DNA of 64,000 bases from a virus: positions 1 to 64,000 of the IMG/VR virus record IMGVR_UViG_3300012665_000356; one strand, written 5' to 3'. The translations under genes were made by a program, and so were the position numbers. Position 1 is the stretch's first letter; each line of letters opens with the position of its first letter. Shown here in pieces: positions 56,982 to 64,000 of the stretch. A model generated the notes under the pieces. That model was not told where the DNA came from and searched no databases. It worked only from the letters and a program-made list of their open reading frames with translations.

Positions 56982-58497
56982 TTTGAGCCTCCTGCTCGTG
57001 ATACAATGCTTCAAGTTCAAGGAGTTTTTCATCTTCAGGATCCATAAAATCTTCTACGTCACCAGTTTTTTGTTCTTCTTCATACAAGGCATTAAACGTA
57101 TTTTTAGCAAGACCGCCTTTTAATCGCATACCCATCATGTTATTAAGCATTGGGCGAGCTTGTTCAATCATATCCATTGGAGTTTCGCTTTTAAACAATT
57201 CTTCAACAAAACGATCAAAGTATAATACGTTGCGTGGAACCCAATCGCTGTACTCGTCACTCATGTCCGCATCTTTAATCTTTTTCCACTCTCTCCAATC
57301 AGGTTGGAATCGAGCAGTTTCGATATCCATTAAATTGTTAGCACGTTGTACTGCGGTAATATGACAATAGGTATTATGTGCCATCATTAGAGCATAGCCA
57401 AAACTATCCCATGATGTCTTGCCTTCTTTACCTACTTTATTCAACATTCCAGGTTTGTACCAACAAATATCGCCTTGAGTTAATCTTCGACCAATTTCTG
57501 ATTCGAACGGGAAGGGGATATTAAAAGCCTGGCTAAGGGCTTTGTTGTCTGGGGCTTTGTCCATGATGACTGACCAACGTTTGTTAGTGTGTTGGGCGTT
57601 GGTGTAGACGAGTCCGTGCGCTGTCGCAATGAACGGGCTGGCACAATCAAAAGATATGGTAAAGTTTTCATTAATATTTTTCCTTACTTGTCGTTGAATG
57701 CTAGTTAGATAACATGACCAGTCTAATTGAGCAGTACCCAAAAAGTGCATCCAGTTTCTGTTATCTAACAGTTTCTCATCACGGAGTATGATAAGTCTTT
57801 TGAGTGCTATTTCCATATCGCACATATTCTTTCCGCCCATTGCCCACCCTTCAGTAGGCAAATGTTTAACAGCTTCATACCATGCCTGCGCAGTTTCCCA
57901 GTCACTGCCTTGTAGCACGTTTAAGAATTTAGTTTGTCCTAATCGATTACGTATAAAATAGTCATTGTTGTGTAGAGTTTTATCTAAACAATCTTGAAAA
58001 CTTTTTAAACCAGTCTTCGGACTATGAATATGATCACATGCCCATGTTGGCACATCTAATAACATTGACCAGTCTGCGGTAAGTTCTAACCAATTAAGGA
58101 TGCTATCTCTAGTTTTATTAGCAGCAGCGCCTTCAAAGTTTTGCCAATCAAATTTTAACACACCTTTACCAATCTGATACCCGCCAGAGTCACCAACAAT
58201 CACTGTATTAGCACGATCGCGATCTTGAATCATGGCATCTTGTGTGATGGTTTTTTCTAAGTCTAGTTGTGCGTGACCTGCTGAATACAGACCGTACTTG
58301 TAAGTAAAATAACCTTGTTCGGGATTAAGAAAGTTCATACCTTCAATGCCTCGATCAAACCCCTGTGGAACTCGATCTTGGGGAACAAAGTCATTAAATC
58401 TTTGTTTACTAACATAAGTTGAATAAAAACAACTAATCGCAGGCAGATATACTGCGTAGTCTTTTTGTAATGGTGTTAAATTAACTGGTGGTTTCAT
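56974..58497 (-). CDS. dpdA: DNA-guanine transglycosylase, TGT/DpdA family (DpdA2-like)
   Basis: TGT catalytic motifs DSGGYQ, LDVP, NVLQG, GWAMGG, HFLG, SFDCAS and HN; folE, queE and a T-fold gene nearby. Confidence 0.85.
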   Translation of the reverse strand: MKPPVNLTPLQKDYAVYLPAISCFYSTYVSKQRFNDFVPQDRVPQGFDRGIEGMNFLNPEQGYFTYKYGLYSAGHAQLDLEKTITQDAMIQDRDRANTVIVGDSGGYQIGKGVLKFDWQNFEGAAANKTRDSILNWLELTADWSMLLDVPTWACDHIHSPKTGLKSFQDCLDKTLHNNDYFIRNRLGQTKFLNVLQGSDWETAQAWYEAVKHLPTEGWAMGGKNMCDMEIALKRLIILRDEKLLDNRNWMHFLGTAQLDWSCYLTSIQRQVRKNINENFTISFDCASPFIATAHGLVYTNAQHTNKRWSVIMDKAPDNKALSQAFNIPFPFESEIGRRLTQGDICWYKPGMLNKVGKEGKTSWDSFGYALMMAHNTYCHITAVQRANNLMDIETARFQPDWREWKKIKDADMSDEYSDWVPRNVLYFDRFVEELFKSETPMDMIEQARPMLNNMMGMRLKGGLAKNTFNALYEEEQKTGDVEDFMDPEDEKLLELEALYHEQEAQNV

Positions 58498-58849
58498 AAT
58501 CTCTCGCTAAGTGTGCTGTAATTTCTAATTGTTGTTGTGCCTGTTCTAAGTTGTCTAGTGCTATTTTAACAGCAGAATTCTTTTTAGCCAAGGCCTGTAA
58601 TGTTACTTCTTCGTCACGTTTCTTACGTGCCCAATCGAGTAACGATTCGGCTTCAGGCGATAATCCTACAGAAGCATAATTCATTTCAATAGTTTTCCAC
58701 ATATTTCCGTCGTTAACTTCCATACAGCTCATGTTTGAGTTCCAACGAAGCATACCAGCCCCAACTGATCCGGGGCTAATGTATGTATTAGATGGCGAAC
58801 CACCTGAAACTGTGATATACTTTCCGTTAGGATTAATACCTTTGATCAT
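58481..58849 (-). CDS. Hypothetical protein
   Basis: 122 aa between the clamp-like gene and dpdA. Confidence 0.65.
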   Translation of the reverse strand: MIKGINPNGKYITVSGGSPSNTYISPGSVGAGMLRWNSNMSCMEVNDGNMWKTIEMNYASVGLSPEAESLLDWARKKRDEEVTLQALAKKNSAVKIALDNLEQAQQQLEITAHLARDYETTS

Positions 58850-58851
58850 AT

Positions 58852-59589
58852 TTAGGCCGCTTGTGCTGGAATAATATATTTGTAGATAGCAACACCGCTG
58901 TCTAGAGTGATCTGGATAGCACCTTCGTTGCTTAATGACATCTTAGTGTTGTTAACATCAGCAATTTTTAAGATACTTAAGATTGGAGTAACTGGCCAAG
59001 TCCAACCGCGATCTAATTTTCCTGCTACATTCTGGGCAAAAATAAACTCGCCACCGTGTGTTGACATGTCACCAAATGTAAATTTAAGATTACCGCCTTC
59101 GGTTTTAGCAAGGAATGTTGGATGTTCACTGTGAGCACCTGCTTGGAAATTGAAACGCTGAACACTAGCTACTGTTGGTTCAATTTCTACGTCCCACTTA
59201 ACACCTCGAAACTTAACAGCTTTCATTTTTTCATTAATGATTTCTGAATTCATAAAGCGATAGTCGTTTTTAAAGTCGCCATCTTTGTTTTCAAAATGAA
59301 TTCCTACCGGAATAGTTTCACCATTGCGCTCTGCTGACGTAATGCTAATTTTAGCATTTTCTTTATACTCAGAACCGTCTAATAGGTATTTGAGTTTTTG
59401 TAATTGTGGCATACCAAAAACGCCAATCATATCTGGATATGGTTGATATGTTGTAGCTTCCATAATAACAGAACGGTCGTCTGCCATTGAAAAGAATGAA
59501 GTGTCTTTGTCTGTGCCTGTAATTTTAACAGTAGTCAAAAACCCTAAGTTCTGGGTGTGACTAACGATGTCTTGTAAAATGTCTTTCAT
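58852..59589 (-). CDS. Putative DNA polymerase sliding clamp (gp45-like)
   Basis: 245 aa directly downstream of polB; size, alternating beta/alpha pattern and C-terminal YKYIIPA fit a clamp; no diagnostic motif. Confidence 0.5.
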   Translation of the reverse strand: MKDILQDIVSHTQNLGFLTTVKITGTDKDTSFFSMADDRSVIMEATTYQPYPDMIGVFGMPQLQKLKYLLDGSEYKENAKISITSAERNGETIPVGIHFENKDGDFKNDYRFMNSEIINEKMKAVKFRGVKWDVEIEPTVASVQRFNFQAGAHSEHPTFLAKTEGGNLKFTFGDMSTHGGEFIFAQNVAGKLDRGWTWPVTPILSILKIADVNNTKMSLSNEGAIQITLDSGVAIYKYIIPAQAA

Positions 59590-59612
59590 AAAAATTCTCC
59601 GGTTATATTAAG

Positions 59613-59641
59613 ATTATATTTAGATTGTGAATAAAAATCAA
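59613..59641 (-). promoter_or_regulatory. Sigma70-like promoter overlapping a TAAATA box
   Basis: TTGATT (59641-59636), 17 bp, TATAAT (59618-59613); TAAATA at 59622-59617. Confidence 0.55.
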
Positions 59642-59649
59642 CCATTAAA

Positions 59650-62319
59650 TCATTCAAAATCAAATAATTTGTTAAAAGTGTTGTCGCTTCTTGTTTGACT
59701 GATATCCCATTCTAGAACACCAATAAGGTTTTCTAATTTCTCGTCTATGACAGTAGTTTCCATCTCGCCGTCGTTGAACGGCAGGTCCTTGAACCATTGT
59801 GGTAAACGAAGTTCGTCTACAGGATACGCAACACTAGTGTACCCCATAGGATTATCTTTAACTTTACACACAATTACTTTCATACCGTCAACGATATTCA
59901 TGGAGTATTTGTCATCCATCATACGCTTCAGTGTGTTCCAGTTTAGACTAGCTCGAACGTGTCCAGGCATATTGGTCTTACCTGCTTTCTTTTCCTTAGC
60001 GCCATACTCAGTAATGTTGTTGGCACGTTTAGGTGAACCTTTTTCCCAACCTGGCCGAGTTTTAAACTCTGTACGGAAGTTTGTAATATGTTCAAGAACT
60101 TGTTCTTTTGTGTGACCAGTAAGAACCTTTTCAAGAACTTCACTTAAAAAGTTTTGAATTACTACAGGAGTGTCAGAACGTTTAAGATCTAAACCCATGG
60201 CTTTAATTTTTCCTGGATTACCGCCAGTGTCTTGACGTTTTCCTTCTTTGTCGTAGTAAAGCACCGCATAGCGTTTTTTAGTAATAAACAATCCTTTACT
60301 AGCAACAATTTCACGACCTGCTTTAATAACGTCACCACGAGTTTTAGGACAATGAAATTTATCAGTCATCATTTTAGGAAAGCTCTGATTTACTTCATCA
60401 GCAATTTGATCATAAAGTTGAACTACGGTTTCTTTTGTCCAGGGCAGTTGTCCGCTTTCAATTTCTTTCTTTAGAATTGGGTACGCTGTAAAATAACAAG
60501 AATCAGTATCGCCGTATATTACAGCACGGCCTTTGTAATCATATTCAGCAGTAATGATTTCGTTGATCTTAGCAGCCATATGCTTAACAATAGTTCGACC
60601 AGTTAAAGTTGTTGATTGGCCGATACGATTGTCAAAGAATCTACAACCAGGATTAAGAATAGCACCATACAAACTGTTCAAGTTAATCTTCTTAACTAAC
60701 TGTCGCTTGTCCCAGTATTCTTCTTCAATCTTATTACCGCTAGCAATACATTCTTTAAGTTTGGCCTGCATCTCTTTACGCTCGGCATACCAACGTTTTA
60801 ACAAGCCGGGAATAATACCTTCTTTTTCATAGGTAAAGATTGTACCGTTTGCACTAAGCATCCACGGCTGTCCAGAGTCAAAAATTAAATCGTTTATTTG
60901 TGCTCCGGACAATACATCTTTTCCGCCTTCTTCCCAGTCGATAGTGATTTCTTTAGCAACGTTTCTCTCCATTACTAATTCGTATTCGAGTGAGCCAAAC
61001 AAACCTTCCCAAGCAGCAGCAAATGATTTGCCGTGGCGTACCATTTGTTCGTCAATGTAATTTTTAGTGTAGTCTGGTCGTAATTGGCCAACAATAGTTT
61101 CTGGGCCCATGTTAAGCGCACGAATCGCAGATGGATAAAGAGAGTTTAAGTCAACTGAACCAATCCATTCGTGAATACCTTTTTTAGGATACGCAACATA
61201 CGCACCTGCGGCTGGCTCACTTCCGGGCTCTCGACGAATTCGATTTGGCACAATCATACCGCGTCTATGAGCTTCGTTAATAATTGCTTGTTCAGTTACA
61301 GCAACAGCACCCATGGCAGTTTGAAGCAATACTGTGTTTTCGTGCGCAATTTTATTAGCTAGGTCTAAGAATTTTAATTTATTGTCTAGCTTATCGAGTA
61401 GAGCACAGTCTTGTCTGTTGTATTCAATAAATCTTCGGAAGTCATTGTTGTATAGTTGGTCAAGTGTGCCTTCATAGACAGTCTTATTCTCGCCTATCTC
61501 CATCTCTCCAATCGCATCCAGTCGATAGGTGTGTCGTTCTTCATAGGTATATTTGCGGTACAACTCGAGACTGTCCAAATGAACACGACCAATAAGATCA
61601 TAAGTAACAGCGGCTTTTCCATATTTTTCGTATTCTCGTTTTTTTGGAAATTGATTCCATAAACAAAATCTGCGAGTGTCTTCTTTGCTTAATGCTTTGG
61701 TTACACGGTTGACTGTGTAGGGGATATCGAAGCCTTCTGAGTTCCAGCCTGATAATACATCAGCATCTTCGATCAGTGTTAGAAAGTTGTCTAACATATC
61801 TGCTTCGTTGTCAAACAAATATGTGTTTGGAATACCAGCAACTAACTTTTCTGCTTCTTCTATAGTCATAGACTTAGGCGGAACAGCCAAACATACAAGG
61901 GTGTTTAACCATTGTAGGTGAACAGCGATAGCAGTAATTGGCATAAACGCATCGTCTGGTGACGCATAGCCACGTTCAGGGTCAAAGTCAACTTCGATGT
62001 CAAACCATGCTACGTTTAATTTAGGAGCATCGACATTGAGATAGTTGTCTTCTAAACAACGGAATATTGGATTGATGTCAGACTCATAGAGTTTTTGACT
62101 ACCGTGTATTTTTTGTTCTTTGTGGAATTCTTTTAGATTTTTACAAGTAACACGACTCAGTGGTGTGCCGTGTGTGCTAACATACTTGCCTTTGGAATCT
62201 GGATAATAAAACAGATATTTGGCAGCGTATTCTTTAAAATGTCTGCGACCTTCTGTGTCTCGCTCAACAACAGAGATAAGGTCATTGTCTCTGTCGTAGA
62301 AAGCATCTACGTAACTCAT
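59650..62319 (-). CDS. Family B DNA polymerase (T4 gp43-like)
   Basis: ExoI FDIEVD, ExoII GWNSEGFDIPY, ExoIII YNRQD; SVDLNSLYPS, KINLNSLYG, YGDTDS, KKRY. Confidence 0.97.
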   Translation of the reverse strand: MSYVDAFYDRDNDLISVVERDTEGRRHFKEYAAKYLFYYPDSKGKYVSTHGTPLSRVTCKNLKEFHKEQKIHGSQKLYESDINPIFRCLEDNYLNVDAPKLNVAWFDIEVDFDPERGYASPDDAFMPITAIAVHLQWLNTLVCLAVPPKSMTIEEAEKLVAGIPNTYLFDNEADMLDNFLTLIEDADVLSGWNSEGFDIPYTVNRVTKALSKEDTRRFCLWNQFPKKREYEKYGKAAVTYDLIGRVHLDSLELYRKYTYEERHTYRLDAIGEMEIGENKTVYEGTLDQLYNNDFRRFIEYNRQDCALLDKLDNKLKFLDLANKIAHENTVLLQTAMGAVAVTEQAIINEAHRRGMIVPNRIRREPGSEPAAGAYVAYPKKGIHEWIGSVDLNSLYPSAIRALNMGPETIVGQLRPDYTKNYIDEQMVRHGKSFAAAWEGLFGSLEYELVMERNVAKEITIDWEEGGKDVLSGAQINDLIFDSGQPWMLSANGTIFTYEKEGIIPGLLKRWYAERKEMQAKLKECIASGNKIEEEYWDKRQLVKKINLNSLYGAILNPGCRFFDNRIGQSTTLTGRTIVKHMAAKINEIITAEYDYKGRAVIYGDTDSCYFTAYPILKKEIESGQLPWTKETVVQLYDQIADEVNQSFPKMMTDKFHCPKTRGDVIKAGREIVASKGLFITKKRYAVLYYDKEGKRQDTGGNPGKIKAMGLDLKRSDTPVVIQNFLSEVLEKVLTGHTKEQVLEHITNFRTEFKTRPGWEKGSPKRANNITEYGAKEKKAGKTNMPGHVRASLNWNTLKRMMDDKYSMNIVDGMKVIVCKVKDNPMGYTSVAYPVDELRLPQWFKDLPFNDGEMETTVIDEKLENLIGVLEWDISQTRSDNTFNKLFDFE

Positions 62320-62329
62320 TTTTTTCTCC

Positions 62330-62349
62330 TTGTGATTTAGGGCTCACAA
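62330..62349 (-). promoter_or_regulatory. Hairpin (6-bp stem, 8-nt loop) abutting the polymerase SD
   Basis: mRNA UUGUGA-GCCCUAAA-UCACAA-GGAG, then an A-run and AUG. Confidence 0.5.
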
Positions 62350-62391
62350 ATACCAAAATAATCATTTATGGCTGATCAAACCGTTCTCATA

Positions 62392-62682
62392 TTAATTAAT
62401 TAGCATTCGCACTAGACCAAATGTATCAATTGCGGTTAGCAAGATATAATTAGCCAACATGCCAAACGATTTCCTAGTGTAAGCTGCCCATGCGTACATA
62501 GCACAGCCAAGAATCCAAACAGGGTATAAGGCAAGTAACGGGGGATTTGGAACAGTGACAGCCATAGTAATAGAACAACCAATACTAATCGCCCAAGCTA
62601 ATATTTCAACAATAAATCGAAAGCTGTTACTGCGCCAATCAGCTTTGATCCATTTAAATGTAGGTCTAAATAATTCTATCAT
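62392..62682 (-). CDS. Small multi-pass membrane protein
   Basis: 96 aa with about three hydrophobic segments. Confidence 0.65.
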   Translation of the reverse strand: MIELFRPTFKWIKADWRSNSFRFIVEILAWAISIGCSITMAVTVPNPPLLALYPVWILGCAMYAWAAYTRKSFGMLANYILLTAIDTFGLVRMLIN

Positions 62683-62939
62683 TCTGGAAGGTGCTTTGTT
62701 ACACCTAAGATCATTTCAATTTCGTTCCACTCATTTTCGTGATCTTTCCAATTATCTTTGTGTGCGATTTTAATTGCTTTGTTGATAATGCTGGGTTTGA
62801 TTTGCAGTTCTTCGGCTACTGCTTTGACTGTTTCTTTAAGACCTTCTTGTAGATCTTCAACTTCACGTAGTACAGTTGAGCCTTCGTTGATAAGGCGTTC
62901 AAGTTTTGCTTTCTCTTCGGGACCGTACATTTTTGTCAT
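62679..62939 (-). CDS. T4 DsbA-like double-stranded DNA-binding protein
   Basis: KLERLINEG....REVEDLQEGLKETVKAVAEELQIKPSIINKAIKIAHK helical pattern; SD AAGGAG. Confidence 0.65.
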   Translation of the reverse strand: MTKMYGPEEKAKLERLINEGSTVLREVEDLQEGLKETVKAVAEELQIKPSIINKAIKIAHKDNWKDHENEWNEIEMILGVTKHLPE

Positions 62940-62962
62940 ATAATAACTCCTTGTTAATAGTT

Positions 62963-62992
62963 ATTATATATGACTACGGCCCCTTAGAGCAA
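62963..62992 (-). promoter_or_regulatory. Sigma70-like promoter for the dsbA-polB unit
   Basis: TTGCTC (62992-62987), 18 bp, TATAAT (62968-62963). Confidence 0.55.
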
Positions 62993-62995
62993 GAA

Positions 62996-63613
62996 TTAAT
63001 CTACCAAAATGTGAAGTGCGTGATTGTAATGCTTGATGCGATCTTCTAAACCAATAGTACCGCCGTTGATACGTTTGGTCATTGTTAGAATATCACCGGA
63101 GTCAGCAAATTGATTAAGTTTGTTAGCAGCCCAGAACCACCCGGCTGATAATACTGCTCCCGGGGAAGTTTCAAGTAATTCTGGTTCTTCTAACAAATCT
63201 GCCCCTAATGCTTCACCGCAAGCTGTGTAATTATTTTTACCTGTAACTTGGATTAAGCCGCGACCACGATAACGAAAACCGTCACCGCTTGCTTCGTCGC
63301 CATTGCCCATTCTATTGGCATATACTCTATTGGCAATCTTTTCTGGTTTACGTTCGTAATCGGCTGCTAAAGCATCTGTTGGAAAGTACTTTGGAAATGT
63401 ACCTCTAAGACCTTTTGCTCCGTAGTTGAGATTTTCAACCATGAAATTAAAATTACCACTTTCATGAGCACACTGAGCAAGAAATGCTGCTTGTCTTGCT
63501 GGTGTCATAATATCAAACAATTCAAATGTTTCTACAAAGCCTTCATATAGATCTGCTACTCTTTGTTTTTTTGCCTCGGGGAAGGCTTCTTGAATTTGTT
63601 CTAAAAGAATCAT
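62996..63613 (-). CDS. Endolysin, glycoside hydrolase family 19
   Basis: AAFLAQCAHESG, ENLNY, YRGRGLIQVTGKNNY, SAGWFW, TKRINGG..GLEDR; start reassigned to ATG 63613 after AAAGGA. Confidence 0.92.
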   Translation of the reverse strand: MILLEQIQEAFPEAKKQRVADLYEGFVETFELFDIMTPARQAAFLAQCAHESGNFNFMVENLNYGAKGLRGTFPKYFPTDALAADYERKPEKIANRVYANRMGNGDEASGDGFRYRGRGLIQVTGKNNYTACGEALGADLLEEPELLETSPGAVLSAGWFWAANKLNQFADSGDILTMTKRINGGTIGLEDRIKHYNHALHILVD

Positions 63614-63623
63614 TGTTTTTCCT

Positions 63624-64000
63624 TTACTCTGATAAAGTTTTGCGGATATCCCATTCTCCGCCCATCTTTTCATAGGTAGCTGCGGCAAATGCTTGTGCTT
63701 TAATAGATTCGTTAAATTTGCTAGCCCCAACTCTGTTAGCCCATGTCCATAATGTTTTGTCTACTGGATCAATCTGCATTGCTCCTTGACTTTCAGCAAC
63801 AATTTTTAAACAACGTCTAAATGTCAATCTATCTTCGCTTTCTTTAACAGCTTTTTTCTTAGCAAAAGGATTTACACCCTTCTTAGGAGCAGCACCTTTC
63901 TTAGCAGCTGGTGCGCCTTTCTTCTTGTCAGCGACAGCTTTTTTCATTGGCTCTTTCTTGTCACCGTCTTTGTCCATGTCTAGGAAGTCTGGCTTAGCAC
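63624..64000 (-). CDS. Partial Lys/Ala-rich protein, possibly a head-internal/scaffold protein (N-terminus outside the window)
   Basis: Frame is open to the window edge: AKPDFLDMDKDGDKKEPMKKA...; DxDxDG motif; several hydrophobic-x-E sites. Confidence 0.55.
   Translation of the reverse strand, partial: AKPDFLDMDKDGDKKEPMKKAVADKKKGAPAAKKGAAPKKGVNPFAKKKAVKESEDRLTFRRCLKIVAESQGAMQIDPVDKTLWTWANRVGASKFNESIKAQAFAAATYEKMGGEWDIRKTLSE

Noticed and set aside
56974-58497. Calling this gene a tRNA-guanine transglycosylase (tgt)
   Set aside because: It lacks the bacterial TGT CxCxxC zinc motif and N-terminal TPxFMPVGT block; the phage context with folE/queE fits a DNA-acting DpdA better
63614-63730. N-terminal extension of the endolysin given in the ORF track (244 aa)
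   Set aside because: It overlaps the upstream gene; a good SD (AAAGGA) precedes ATG 63613, giving a 205-aa GH19 protein
1-64000. CRISPR arrays, tRNA/rRNA genes, introns/inteins, stop-codon recoding
   Set aside because: Intergenic gaps are too short and no repeats or cloverleafs were noticed; polB, thyX and other genes are uninterrupted and of normal length under the standard code

Overview
AT-rich segment of a large T4-like (myovirus, probably jumbo) dsDNA phage read with the standard genetic code. The GH19 endolysin suggests a Gram-negative host (inference). Layout: (i) 1-694 (-), a partial gp55-type late sigma factor missing from the ORF track. (ii) 771-43137 (+), a late operon with baseplate genes (gp53-, hub-, gp5-, gp25-, gp6-like), a 4958-aa modular virion protein, five paralogous tail fibres with a 2OG-Fe(II) oxygenase among them, then four glycosyltransferases and a radical SAM enzyme. 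(iii) 43131-64000 (-), an early/middle region with thyX, RNase H, a 7-deazaguanine DNA-modification cluster (dpdA-type transglycosylase, folE, queE, a QueD/DpdL-like T-fold protein, no queC in the window) that also contains a GT-B glycosyltransferase, a PRTase, HIT, cupin and two SGNH proteins, followed by a putative clamp, family B DNA polymerase, DsbA-like protein and GH19 endolysin. The best candidates for undescribed biology are (a) a queC-less deazaguanine pathway with an embedded glycosyltransferase and (b) a late-expressed hydroxylase/glycosyltransferase module next to the tail fibres, which may glycosylate the virion. TAAATA late boxes, near-consensus sigma70 promoters and two RBS-associated hairpins are also visible. 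All protein calls come from motifs recognised by eye; no database searches were run.
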